From positions 3,224,001 through 3,288,000 of the forward strand of contig CM060732.1 of assembly GCA_030704615.1 (NCBI GenBank): a stretch of 64,000 nt of DNA, read 5' to 3'. Origin of the DNA: Takakia lepidozioides. Its lineage: Eukaryota; Plantae; Bryophyta. Position 1 is the first letter of the stretch. The number at the start of each line of letters is the position of its first letter. The translations under genes and the position numbers were made by a program. Below, one piece after another: positions 38,529-51,357 of this stretch. The notes under the pieces are model-generated. The model saw only the letters and a list, made by a program, of their open reading frames with translations, was not told the DNA's origin and did not search any database.

Positions 38529-41500
38529 ATGACGAAGCAACGAGGTACCATTCCACGAGAGAAACGACCTTGCATAGTGGAAGAATATGATTGGTCCAGT
38601 GGACTGTCGGATGAAGAAGAAGCCACAGTATACGCAGCACACCCACAGTTGGAACCTATTGGACAACTGGTGGTCATGCATACCACAACAGTAGGATGTC
38701 ACATGGTGAACACCCAAGGAGAACCAAATACTTCGAGAACTGAAGATCCAGAGGAAGAAGCGATGGACACATCTCAACACCCAGCCCGGTTCTATCAAGA
38801 AAGGGAAGAAGACATTCAAATCAGTGAAGTACCTGCCACAATTGCAACCATCAGGCAAGAGATTGCAGGATGGACAGTAACGGAAGAAACTCAATTGATT
38901 CAAGTGAATCTGGGAACAGTGGAAGAACCACAGATAATACGAGTAAGTGCAGGTCTTGAAGAATCATTTCTACAAGAAGCCACCGCATTATTCACTGAAT
39001 ACAAGGATGTATTTGCCTGGAACTACAAAGATTTGAAGGGTATACCTTCTAACATCTGTCAGCACCAAATTGAATTGGAAGTTGACACAAAACCAATTCG
39101 TCAGAACCGTTACAGAGTGAACCCCAACTATGCAGCTAAAGTTTGGAAAGAAATCAAGAAGTTATTGGATGTAGGATTCATATACCCAGTAGAGACACCA
39201 CAATGGTTATTGCCCATTGTGATAGTACCCAAGAAAAATGGAAAACTACGAGTGTGTGTGGACTACCGCAAGTTAAACGCAGGAACCAAGAAAGACCCTT
39301 TTCCACTACTTTTCACTGAAATAGTGTTGGACACTTTGGCTGGACATGAGATGTACTCATTCATGGATGGGTTTAGTGGGTACAACCAGGTACAGATGGC
39401 AGAAGAAGACCAAGAAAAGACCGCATTCATCACTGAATGGGAAGCATATGCTTACAAAGTCATGCCATTTGGACTTTGCAATGCACCAGCCACATTTCAA
39501 CGAGCAGTATCTGAGATATTCAAGAACTATCTCAATGATTTTATGCAGGTAGTTTTGGATGATTTCAGTGTCTTTGGACAGAAATCCAAACATTTGGCAC
39601 AGTTAAAACTTTGCTTACAAGCCTGCAGAAACAATGGAGTAAGTCTCAACCCGGAGAAATGTACATTCTGTGTGAATTCAGGATTATTATTGGGACACAT
39701 TGTGTGCCAACAGGGAATTCTGGTAGATCCAAAGAAAGTGGAGGTTATCCAGAAAAATACCACCACCAGAAAATCCCAAGAAACTCAAGAGATTTCTGGG
39801 ACAGACGAGCTATTACAAAAGGTACATGGACAAATATGCTCACAGAGCAGCACCAGTCTATAGACTGCTGAAGCAAGATGCCGAATATCGATGGTCTCCA
39901 GCTTGTCAGGAATCATTTGATTCACTAAAAAAGGCACTCACAGCAGCACCAATTCTGATAAATCCAAGATGGGATTTACCATTTCATGTACACAGTGATG
40001 CATCAGGCATTGCTTTGGGAGCGGTTCTAGCTCAAAATGTCACAGGCACAATAGATTCACCAATCTATTATGCAAGCAGATTGTTGACAGCAGCAAAAAA
40101 GAACTATAGCACCACAGAAAGGGAGGCATTGGCAATGATTTATGCTGTTCAAAAATTTCGGCATTATTTACTTGGCAATCGCTTTAAGTTTATTGTTGAT
40201 CATCAGGCTCTAGTTCATTTAGCAAATCGACCACTAGCTAGTGGCAGGGTTGCTCGATGGTTATTACTTCTTCATGAGTATGACTTTGAAGTTGTTCATA
40301 AACCAGGGAGATTACATGTTACAGCAGATCATCTTTCAAGGATTACTACAGGAGAACCAGCCACGGGGGTAGAGGATCAACTCCCCGATGCATTTCTGTT
40401 TACTGTTCAACCAGAACCACCAGATCAAGAGACAGATGCTATAAATGCTCTGGGAATGTTTCAAGGAGACTATGACCTTACAGATGCTCTCAAACTCATG
40501 GACGACACGGATGAAGAAGAAGATTTATCCGATGAAGATGAACCTCTTGATGAAGGACTTATTATTGAAGAAGAGCCAGATCCAGAAGAAGAAGATGACA
40601 ACGAAAACGAAGAAACAAACAATCAAGAATTGGCCAATATCAGTATTGGAGCTTATACAATCACCAAAGAAGAATCGGAAGATATTCAGGATCAAGATGA
40701 AGATGATTGGTAATGGCCAATCAAATACTATCTGAACACAGGGAAATTTCCTGAAGATTACACCAAAGATGACAGGATGAAACTTTCAATGAAAAGCAAG
40801 CCATACACATTAATCAAAGGGACTCTGTACAAAAGAGGAATTGACTCCATAATGAGAAGATGTGTAAACAAAGACCAAGCCAAAACAGTAATGCAAGAAC
40901 TACACGAAGGAATTGCAGGTGGACACTTCAGTTCGGACCTGACAGCAAAGAAAATATTACTAGCAGGCTACTGGTGGCCTACTATATTTGGAGATACTTA
41001 TGAACACTGTCAACAGTGTGATGTCTGCCAGAGGATGGGACCAATAGAACGAACGGGGAAGGGGAATCTACACCCAATACTATCAACAGAACCATTTCAG
41101 CGCTGGGGGCTAGACTTCGTGGGACCCATTAAACCTCCAGCAAGGTACACACAAAACCAATACATCCTCACAGCCACTGACTACACTACCAAATGGGTAG
41201 AGGCCAAGGCACTAAGAGACAACACTGCCAGATCAACAGCCAAATTCTTATATGAAAACATCATCACACGATTTGGTTGTCCACTGGAATTCGTTAGTGA
41301 TCAGGGATCACATTTCATAAATGATGCCATAAAATGCTTGACGGAGGAGTTCATGATTGTACATCACAAGAGTACTGCTTACTATCCTCAAGGAAACGGT
41401 CAGGCCGAATCTACCAACAAAATATTATGCACTATCTTAATCAAGATAGTAAATGCCAATCGTACAGATTGGGACACCAAATTGAACACAGCACTATGGG

Positions 41501-42030
41501 CATTCATGACATCATACAAGGTGACCACGAAGCATACACCCTTTCAACTGGTGTATGGAGCAGAGGCACTATTACCTATTGAATGTATGATACCCACACC
41601 ACGAACCGGAACTCATGAACGATGGGGTTTAGAAGAATCCTTACGAGTCAGGGAATATGAGTTATTCCATTTGGAAGAAGTTCGAACAGATGCCGCAGAT
41701 AATATGGCACGGATTCAGGAACAACGAAGGAAAAGAATATCCGAAGGGAAAGAGAAATCTTTCCAGGACGGGGATATTGTATTAAGGTTACAAAAAATCA
41801 AGAAGATCAAACTGGGCGGAAAATTGAAAATGCCATGGATGGGACCATTTCAAATCAAAAGGGTACATGACAATGGAACTGTTGATTTGCAAACCTTGGA
41901 ACAAGAATTCGTGGGACGAATTAATATTAACAAGTTAAAAGGCTACCGGGGAATACATGACAAAGCCCTTATACATGATTTATACGCCAACGAGGAAGAT
42001 CAAACTGAAGAGGATGAGCGCGAAACCACA
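38529..42030 (+). pseudogene. pol (RT, RNase H, acidic linker, integrase)
   Basis: LRVCVDYRKLN, FMDGFSGYNQ, MPFGLCNAPATFQR, VLDDF; HSDASGIALGAVL; [24 protein letters not shown]. Frameshift near 39755; stop at 40711. Confidence 0.9.
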
Positions 42031-42685
42031 CGCGCCACTGCTTGTGTTAAACTCCGAGATGTACGCTCCAGATCACCCCACCGACAGTGGTAATCATACA
42101 CCACTACCCTTCGATCATAACACAGAGGCAGAACGACGGCGCAATCCAAAGGATTGCCAAAAGACGGTGGATGATAAGGGCAAAGCCATTAAACCAAGCT
42201 GCGAGTACTGCGCCAACGCTGCCCATCTAAAAACGGACCACGTACCAAAGTGGATGAACACAGCTCAGAGGGATGAACATAAACTGACCGAAACTGGACA
42301 ATCATCAACGACCGTCAGTTTTAAACAAAACAAATCACGAAGAAAAAACCAGCGGAAGAAAATCAAGCACAAAAGGGATGAAGTTTTCTCAAAACCATTA
42401 TCTGAGGCTAAATGCTTCATGGTAAGCCTGGGCCCAGCAATTAAAGCTAATTACGCTTTAAACCTAGGCAACCAGCAGGACAGAATTACCTCCACGAGAA
42501 CCTCAAGAGAAGTTAGAGGAGAAACCTACAGAGAGGAACCCCTACTTAAACCCAGGAGCGAACTTCTCACCTTCTCTTCCGCAAACTGGAAATTGTTGTA
42601 TACAGAACTTCCAGTGTGTTTCATACTCCTTGTGATACAGGAATTGGTGCTCCAATTCCTTACAACAACCGCGAGACTAAGAGAA

Positions 42686-44626
42686 ATGGCAGGCACCAAG
42701 CGGAAGGCACCAAGTTCTTATGCGCAAGTCAATTTCCAAATCAGCCCGGTGTTGCGGAAGATTGAACAGGACACAGAGACACAAGAGACGTTGGACAATC
42801 TTGGCCTGCGATACTTCATCACCACGCTAGACTGGAACCTGAAGCACGACGAGCTATGCAGGGAGTTCTTGGAGAATTACAACACCAGCACTCGGAGCAC
42901 AAATGTCCACGACACACACATCGTGCTGACAGAGAAGTACTTGGCGGAAGTATTTCACCTTCCCAGTCTGGACGTACCACCGCACATCGGCAAACCTCCA
43001 AGGTTTGTACTCGCAGATTTGTTTGAGAATCTCAACCAAGCAGATCAAGACTATACATGCAGTCACAGCAAGAACCCTGGCTTCAGGAAGATAGCCCCAG
43101 TACTTAGCACGTTGCTTTGCCTCAGGAAAAACCATAGCTACTGTACCAAGGAGCCAATCGACCAAGTGTTGATTTGCTTCAATGGGCAAATCGTGAATTG
43201 GGCAAGCTTTTTATTGAAGAAATTAACTCAAGAACTGACCAGATTGACAAAGAAGAAGAAGGAAGCAACTGTTACCATGGCGACTCCCTTGTTACTCCAG
43301 ATGATTCGACACGCTGTACACCTAACGGCCGAAGAGCAAACGACGTTGGAAATTATGCAACGGGTAGACACAATGGAGAAAGAAGGAAGTGAGACGATAG
43401 CAGATCAGGAAGAAGAAGAGGGCGGACTTGCAAAGAGAGCCCGGATCAACAAAGCAACCACAAGTGCAGTAGCAGAGGACATCATCAACTCGACGGCTGA
43501 TTCTCCAGTACAGAGAGAAGGGGAGAATCAACAGCTAGAATGAGGGAACAAACCACAGACCAACGAAGCAACGCCCATGGAAATTAGCCATGGCAACACC
43601 GAAGCACAGCAAGCAGCACACACAGAGGCCACACAATCAGAGGAAGGATACATAGTGGCACAACAACAACAGATAGTACAACAGGCACCCGACCAGCAGC
43701 AACAACAGATGGTGCAAGAGGCACCGAGTCAGCAGCAGCAAGACGAAATTCCAATTTGGAATTACTACTAGCACAACAAGTTCTAGATACAACAGCATGG
43801 GACACAGGGTTGGAGGAAGCACCACAAAATGTCATTCTGCAGGCAATACAAGCATTGGGGCAACTGACAGTTTGTATGGACAGAGCCAAGGATTACATCA
43901 GCCTGGAAAACCTGAACATGATCTTAGACCACATCAAAGAGAAGCACCAGAGGGAATTGGCCACTGCAAGAACAGTATGTAACCATGAGGTTACAATTGC
44001 AGCATTAGAAGATCAAAAGTCGACCTTACTCCGCCAATACAACACGTTGGCACAACGCAGAGATGAGTGGGAGCAAAAGTGGGAAAGATAGAGAGACGAA
44101 ACACGCCATATCCAAGCCGACCTCGATGCAGAGCGAGAGAGATCTCGGAAAACAGAGATAGAGGTGGAAACACTCACAAGACAGGTGCAACCATTAAAGC
44201 AGCAGGTGGAGACACTCAAGGGGCAGCTGAGGACTGCCAGAGATCAGGGAACCAAGTGGCTCAACAGCAACACTACACTGCTAAAGCAAAGGGAGAATGC
44301 TGAGAGCAGGTTGTTTACCGCCACCACAGAAAGAGACATTGCCATGGGCAATGAACAAGAATGGAAGCAGCAGCTGGAGAAGCTGACACTGCAAGTAGGG
44401 TTGGATGCAGCAGACGCAGCCTTAGCCAGAGCCTGGTTGAATGAAGGGAGTGAATTGGAGATGAAGAAACTCAACAGGGCAATGGTGAGGCAGATGAAGT
44501 GCCAGTTGGCGAAATTGGTGACAGATATTCATGAGGAGTTCCTGCCACCAATTCCAGAACAAGAGGAGCTCATGGACGAAGAGGATCAAGAGGAGCAAGA
44601 TCACGAACGAGAGACACCAATACAAT
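42686..44626 (+). pseudogene. 3' accessory ORF of the Ty3 element, first part
   Basis: MAGTKRKAP..., coiled-coil region; the frame ETPIQ-STTTTP is restored with 56513 onward once the insertion is removed. Confidence 0.7.
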
Positions 44627-44984
44627 TGTCAAGTTAAATAAGCACAGTGTGAAAACAACTAGAATAAAGCTAGTTATTTGTATTTAACACTTGGATTTAG
44701 GTCAAGTGTTAAGTCAGGTGTCAAGTTTAGTTTGACACCTGAACCGCCTTATCTTCACGAGAGCGGCAGTCGCGCAGCTCATCTCTCTCGAGTTGAGCCT
44801 GCGCGACCGAGCTCCTTCATGCGTTTAGATCTGAGTGTGCTTATGATGGGAGTGTAGGTTGTTGTGGGGTGGAGTCCCCATAGCTTGGGGTGCCCCTGGC
44901 TCGACTTCTATTTTAAAGAGTGATAGCGATGGATTTCATATTTCTTGTGTTGAGAGTGTGTGTCCTTTTAGCTTTTGTTTATCA
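44627..44984 (+). repeat. Repeat A1 (358 bp)
   Basis: Matches 56065-56422; two substitutions seen. Confidence 0.95.
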
Positions 44985-44985
44985 A

Positions 44986-44997
44986 TCGAGAGAGATG
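44986..44997 (+). promoter_or_regulatory. Putative self-priming PBS
   Basis: TCGAGAGAGATG, 1 nt after the end of A1, is the exact complement of CATCTCTCTCGA at 44780-44791. Confidence 0.7.
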
Positions 44998-45182
44998 GAA
45001 CTGTATCTAGTTTTCTAGTGCTAAGCTAGATGTGACGTTCCTGTTTTTAAGCACTATTATAATATAGCTTGGTTACGAGAGCTTGGAGGTAGACTGGCTA
45101 TGTGTGCCTAGTGGAGCATAACAGGAAGGCGAGAACCACTCGAAGTGTCGCTGCAGCAGTTCAAAGCCAACAATATTCTCGT

Positions 45183-45405
45183 CCTCTTGGCAGGCACTGC
45201 AGCAGGCTGTCTGCCTTGTTCTGAAAGCGTGGGGGGCATGTCCTCATCAACAGTTGCAGCATAGGGATGGCTTCTGCCGCTACCATGGCTTGTGCTTTTC
45301 CCACCTCGGCAGGACTGGAGGACCAGGCTTGACGTAGTAGGAACAAAGCCTCAAGTGCTGCTTTCTGTGCTCTTTCATTGCCAGCCTTTAGTGCACCCAC
45401 CAGCT
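45183..45405 (-). pseudogene. CSI1: Captured fragment of CELLULOSE SYNTHASE INTERACTIVE 1 (last ARM repeats)
   Basis: [58 protein letters not shown] closely resembles the plant CSI1/POM2 segment just before the C2 domain. Confidence 0.85.
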
Positions 45406-45559
45406 GCGCGATACGATCACATGCAGGGAAAACCGACCGTAGCGACCGTAGCTGCCAGGGCCTTGGTGACTCCCGCTGCAGGCGTGGATGCTGTGCGGCA
45501 GCAGAGGTTGCTGAGTGGTCGGGCCTTGCGAGTGTCGTCCGTGCCCTCCAAGATTGGTG

Positions 45560-46080
45560 TTGGGGCCCGTGGATTGTGGGGTTATCTCTTGCTCAACCAT
45601 GACAAGTGATGCTCCCGTCCCCAAGCTGCCATAGGTAGATGGCTTAGCTATTTCTGCCATTGGGCAATGCCCTGAGCTTTCAGAATCCTCACCTTGAGTG
45701 ATCTAGGGACTGGAGACTGGCCATGTCCGCTTGTTTGTCAACGTGAACCCAAATATCTTGCAGTCTTGCTCCACCTGCGGGCTGGGTGTGCAGACCTGCT
45801 GCAGCTCTGGCTGTTTGGGGCAAACACCTACTGACAAAGAGTGTCCTTGCAGACCAAGCAAACCATTCTCCGTCTGAGTTTGATTGATGGGCAGTGACCG
45901 CTCAGGCATTCCAACCACTTGACGAGATGAAGGTGCTGATTCATTTGCTAATGTGAACCAACTAGGTAAAGAATCATGCAAGGAAGGCTGTTGCGAGGAT
46001 CCAGTAAACGACTGCCACTGCAATTTGTTGCTTGATGGCTCTGTTACAATGTGATTACTGTAAGAAAGATTCAAACCTGC
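45560..46080 (-). pseudogene. Captured fragment resembling a class-B auxin response factor middle region
   Basis: S/Q/P-rich frame with CKIFGFTL (R/KLFG repression-motif-like); reads through one TAG at 45703. Rests on a short motif only. Confidence 0.45.
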
Positions 46081-46467
46081 CAGGTTTATTTCAAGATCCT
46101 TCACAAAGAAAGCTCTACCGTGCAGCATGGAGCAGCGCTGGCATGAGTTGGATAACCGCAGTTCGCAAGGGAGGGGCTGGCAAGCTGTGAACGCTGATAT
46201 CTGCACTACCACAACGTCCCTAGGATGAATACAAAGTGCCTAGAGTGAAATGGATAGCTGGAGAGCTGCTCAGGCCCATACATTTGGGGAGTTAAGAGTC
46301 ATATCATCTACATTGAGGGCGGAGGCCAGGCATCGGAAATGGACCACCTTGTGTGGAAACTGATCGCAGGCATGATGGAGCGTGTGGAGAACAACCGAGT
46401 TGCACTCACTGTCAATACTGGTTGGGGTCGACTTGGGTGGTGATCGCAGGCATGATATGAACATGTG

Positions 46468-46638
46468 GAGGATGACAATGCCAGTCAAGCACAGCGCTAC
46501 ACCAAGCGTGACCAGAGCACATGCTTGCGCCACAGTGAAAGTGGCATGATTGATCAGGTTCTGTTGACAACCAATGCTGATGGACTGCGGTTTGTGAAGA
46601 TTAGGGTTAGGTCAATCCGAATACCTCAAATAGGAGAT
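46468..46638 (+). pseudogene. NRPB2: Captured fragment of RNA polymerase II second-largest subunit
   Basis: [48 protein letters not shown], ending just before the conserved KFSSRHGQKG. Confidence 0.92.
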
Positions 46639-46702
46639 GCCCCCATGCCGCTGATGCCAAGGACGCGGTGATGCCCTGTGCTGTTGTTGTAAGTCCCGCC
46701 AT

Positions 46703-46704
<2 letters not shown>

Positions 46705-46746
<42 letters not shown>
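46705..46746. repeat. (CT)21 microsatellite
   Basis: Direct reading; on the minus strand it precedes ATG GCG ([20 protein letters not shown]). Confidence 0.95.
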
Positions 46747-46749
<3 letters not shown>

Positions 46750-47139
46750 GGAAGACTGCTGCTGTGGAGTGCGCTCGGAAATGGGGCAGTAGTGTGCTCA
46801 CAGTGCGAGGGGAACAGCCTCGGGAACCCGTAGATAATCAGGGAACAGGAACCAAGACAAGTATTTTTTTTTAAAAAAATCGTTCTTTGATCTAATTTAA
46901 ATTAGGTAGAGCCTGTTTGGCCATAACTTTGGCCTACCAAGGCCGTTGGACCCAAAACTTGCGCAGGGACCTACAGAAAGGGGAAATCTAGCTATCTAGA
47001 CCATGGTTTTTGTTTTTGGGACTCTGCTAAAAATCTATGGAATTTTTAGAGTGTGAGTGTGCCATGAAAGATCCACAATCCTGTTTCTAGAACCTGTTCT
47101 GGTCTACATGAGAGATAAATCTGGGGATGTACTCCTTGT

Positions 47140-47889
47140 ATGGCTGGGGGAAATGAGGACGTAATTGAAGGGCAGGTCTCTTCTCTTAGCCTGTGCACCC
47201 AAGGGGACAAGATTTATGTTTCCCAAGGAACTCAGACTGATTTGAGTGGAGAACAGTTGGACGAGTTGATTGCATACTGGGAGTCAGGCATTAGTAGTGG
47301 ACAACAAACTGCTGTAGTTGGCGTTGAGGGCCTCAATATTGCTTTGGACAGTCAGAACCCTGTTGGAGCCAACAGTTCTGCAGCTTTAGGTGGAATACCA
47401 AAGTGGGTGAAAGCTAGGCTTGGAACACAGCCAAAGACAGCCCCGGGGACCAAGGTGTTCAGTCACAAGGCCGTGGTGTATTGGAGTAGAGGAGCAGGAG
47501 CTACACAAGTTTGTGCAATCAGACAGCGTTGCAGCCGGACACGCTCTGCACAAGGCAACCACAAGCGGGGGTTCATTAGCAAGGACAAGTTTGTTCTGTT
47601 TGAAGGAGATGCAGTCATTCGCAATGAGGACACCCGCAACCGTCTCAAAGCTTTCGAGTTGAGAGACTATCAGACCCTACCTTTGTTTTTTTTAGTGTTC
47701 AGTGAGCGGGAGATAGGGGAGTATTGCTTTGTTTCTACCTGGCAGAAAGAGGAGGAGGGTTGGTTAGAGCGAGCTACTGTAGCTTGGGACAAGGTTAGTG
47801 GCAGGTTTCTGGACATAGATATACCTCCTACACCTTACCATCATGCAGAGCGAGGCACTTTGAGAGAAGTCTGGCAGTTGATAGCATAG
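47140..47889 (+). CDS. Unknown 249-aa ORF upstream of gag
   Basis: Uninterrupted ATG-initiated ORF in element orientation; no recognised motif. Confidence 0.5.
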   Translation: MAGGNEDVIEGQVSSLSLCTQGDKIYVSQGTQTDLSGEQLDELIAYWESGISSGQQTAVVGVEGLNIALDSQNPVGANSSAALGGIPKWVKARLGTQPKTAPGTKVFSHKAVVYWSRGAGATQVCAIRQRCSRTRSAQGNHKRGFISKDKFVLFEGDAVIRNEDTRNRLKAFELRDYQTLPLFFLVFSEREIGEYCFVSTWQKEEEGWLERATVAWDKVSGRFLDIDIPPTPYHHAERGTLREVWQLIA

Positions 47890-48401
47890 ATCAGGATTAG
47901 ATCTTGCTTGGTCGGGCTTCTATTCTTCCCCTCCATCTCTGTACTATTTTCATTACCTTGTACTTGTAGTTGCCAAAGCCTCTCTTGGTGGAGGCCAGTC
48001 AGTCCGGGGTTTTGGGCTGGGATATTCTGCAGGTCAGCACTGCAGATGGATTTGGTGTGGGGGTGTTGATGTTTTGATTTCTTGTGTTTGGATCCCCCCC
48101 AACACCTGCATGCTTGACTGTGCGCCATGTTGGTTTTGTGTGGGCGCTTGCTTTCATAGGGATTAGGCCGGATTTGATCACCGGTCAATCCTAGAGTATG
48201 TTGTCGGTGGTGAGGCTGGAGTGACGACCAGCAAGACCACCAGTGTTTCTTCTATGGTGAGACTGGGTTTGATGACCAGCCAACCATAGGAGTTCTTGCG
48301 GTGGATGCAGGTGCAGGTGCCTTGAGCCACTGGGATATGACCCTTAAACTGCAACAGGTGCCTACCCGTGTCACTATTAGAATTAGTAATAGAGCCTTAT
48401 A

Positions 48402-51350
48402 GTGTCACGTGGGGGAGGTGCACATTGTGAGTGTCATCACGGAGTAGCCAGGGGTTCTGAGGGGAGTACGGCTACAGGCAGTAGCAGTGAGAGTGGGTTC
48501 ACTAGACGAGGTATTCGTTTCAGACCACCTTCACCTCCACCCTCAACTAGTGCAGAGTCAGACACAGACTCGGAGGCTTCATCAACAGGTGTGCAGTTTC
48601 ATTCGCCATTGTTGTGGAACGACATGGAGGAGATGTATGGAGCTACCAAGGGGCCTCGTAGGTACTCTGGAGCTGTGGGCACAATCGAGTTGGATGACTT
48701 TATCCAGGAGTTCGACAGCTGGTGTGATTTGCAGCAGATGCGCAATCCACAGCTATTCACCCCATTCATGGCGTGGAAGGGACTGTTCCAGCATTTGGAA
48801 GGCCCGCCTATGGACGATTACCACGAGTTCAGGCGAGGACATGAAGCAGAGATTGAGGAGTGGAGGATGTATTGGTCACCTGACTACGTCTCCATTACTC
48901 GAGGCACGACGCGACCAGTAGCTGCATCAGTACCAATATCTCCCACTGCCAGCACTAGTAGTGGAACAAGTAGTGCCGGTACTTCTGCAGGTGGTACCAA
49001 TTCAAAAGGTGCTACTACTCCTCCTGCCACGACTACAACACATGTGCCTAGATTCAACCCGGTGGTGGAGTTCTTCCAGGAGTTGCGGAGGAACTACCAA
49101 GGTGTACGGACAGAGAAGCTGCGAAGTTTGCAAGACTTCTAGCACAAACCCAGTGAGAGCTTGCGAGAGGCCTACACTCGTATGAGACGCTTGATAAGTG
49201 TGACCCAAGGGGTTACTGAAGCTCAGGCAATCCAGTTCTGGTATGGAATTCGGGACAAGGAGCTCAGGAGAAGGGTGCGGGATGCAACCCTGTTACAAGC
49301 AGCCCAACCCACATTAGCAGATGTCTTTCTGCTGGCTGAGCGGATTGAGCTCAACATGGTGGAGGAGCGAGTTGTTACCATTGGGTTTGGCAAGGACATG
49401 CCTGCATGAGGCGTAGCTGCCAGCCTATAAGCACAAGGGACTGCCCAACAGCGTGGTCAGGGGGGCAAGGTTTCCCAACCCAAGTTCCATGGAGCTTACA
49501 GGGGACCTCAGGTGCAGAGGCCCGTCACATCTTTTGCAGGCCAACAGCAACCAGGGGTGATATGTTGGACATGTGGAGGACCCCATGTCAAGAGAGATTG
49601 CCCAGAGAGTGGCAAAAAGGCCGGCACAAACACAGCCTGCACAGTTGCAGTGTGGGCATTGTGGCAAGTATGGACATGGAGATGCCCAGTGTTATGACTT
49701 GCATCCTGAGTTGCGCCCAGGCCAGTTCCAAGGGAACAATGGTGGCCGGGGGTGAGGTGGACCAGCCCAGAGAGGACGAGGTGGTCGGGCACGAGGTGCA
49801 GGCCAAGGGCAAGCTCAACATGGCCAAGGACGCGGAGGTCAGGGTGTTGACCAAGGCATAGCCAACCGGCTTCAGCAGCTAGAGCAGAGGCTCGCTGCCA
49901 TGGCTACAGCTCAGGCGGTACCGGCTCCCAGGCGGGATGGTCTACCTCCTGCTCCTGAGGGAGGAGATATGGGAGGCATGGGATTCATGTGCGGAGTAGC
50001 ACTACCACTAGAGAAGGTGGAGTCTGCTGCAGCCGTGACTCGAGGAGCAGCACGAGTTCCTGAGCCACGAGGTGCAGAGGTGGAGTTGGATCCACAACGT
50101 GGGGAGGCAAGCCGTCAAGCAAGGCTGCCTCAGTCATTCACCTTGGCGGAGACAGTGTCAACGCCATCCATGGCACCTAGTTCTCGCCCGACTGTTACCG
50201 AGGCGGAGGTTTCTATGCCATTAGGGAGAGCTACACGTGCAGCACTGACACCTGCTGCCAAGGCTAGTGCAGCCGGTGTGTTGTTGGGGGCAGCCACCTC
50301 TGTGTGTCAAGCCCACTGTTCTCGGCAACCATGATTGCGACGCCGGGGGTAAGACCAGCTGCAGTGTTCAGACTAGCAGCAACACTCTGTGAGAGTGGGG
50401 AGGTCACTTCATCTTCTACGGAGTTATAGGAAGGTGTAGTGGCAGAGGGATCCTCGGATTTGAGGGTCAAGACTGCCACGGCTGCGCCATGGCAAGCTGC
50501 AGCTGCCAGGTTGACGGAGCTGCCAGCTAGGCCAGCCTTTGAGCGCGCCATGGTGACACCTGGAGTTGTCTTGTTAGACAACCAGGATGACATTTTCTCT
50601 TTGAGTGGACCGACAGACAAGAAGTACCGGCCACTGCGGGTCTTGTTGGACTCGGGAGCTCAGCCACTGATGTTGGGCAGAGCTGCTATTGCAGGTTTGG
50701 GCCTCATGGAGGCGGATATGGAGCCTTGTCCTTTCCAGATACAGACATCTCTGGGAGGATCAGAGCAGGCTCGGGGCATGACACGGCATCAGTTGGCCAT
50801 TAGACTGCAGCCGGATCATCCTATCGATGGCTCACTAATGCGAGCCAAAGCCATTGTGACAGACGCGGTCTCTTACGATGTCCTTGTTGGTGGGGCAGTG
50901 TTATACCCCATGGGCTTCACCCTGGACTTTTGGGAGGAGTCAGCATTCTACAAGCCTGGATGGCAGTCAGGGGATGGTCGTCGTGCACAGCTCCTTGTGA
51001 CATTCATTGGGGGTATTGCGGCTGCCCAGCGGGGCAAGATGCCAACACTAGCCGCCTTTACAGCTACAGTTAGTTGGCCTGGAGAGTTGCTGGAAGGCAA
51101 TGCCCATGCAGAGGATGTGCCACCTCCAGCAGAGCAGGATGACATGCATGGTACGGCGGAGTTGCCTGCCATGGTTGCTCACACTCCATTATGGGGTACG
51201 AGCAAGGATTTGCAGCAGGCTGCTGATGGACGGGTACAACAAGCCTGGGTAGAGGCCTTCGTACCGTCAGGAAGAGGAGAGTGCGGTGATTGCACCAGGA
51301 CCACCTCAGTTGTTGCCATTGGACACCACACCTCTTGTGTGGCAGTGCCC
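48402..51350 (+). pseudogene. gag (capsid-like, two zinc knuckles) and aspartic protease
   Basis: LDDFIQEFDSW; ESLREAYTRM; CWTCGGPHVKRDC; CGHCGKYGHGDAQC; VLLDSGAQ...YDVLVG. Multiple frameshifts. Confidence 0.8.
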
Positions 51351-51357
51351 GGATGAA

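Noticed and set aside
45070-45082. TGGTTACGAGAGC as a tRNA-iMet PBS
   Set aside because: Mismatched to TGGTATCAGAGC and about 85 bp from the repeat end.
45161-46671. Functional host CSI1 or NRPB2 genes
   Set aside because: Only 57-75-codon internal pieces in mixed orientation inside a TSD-bounded insertion.
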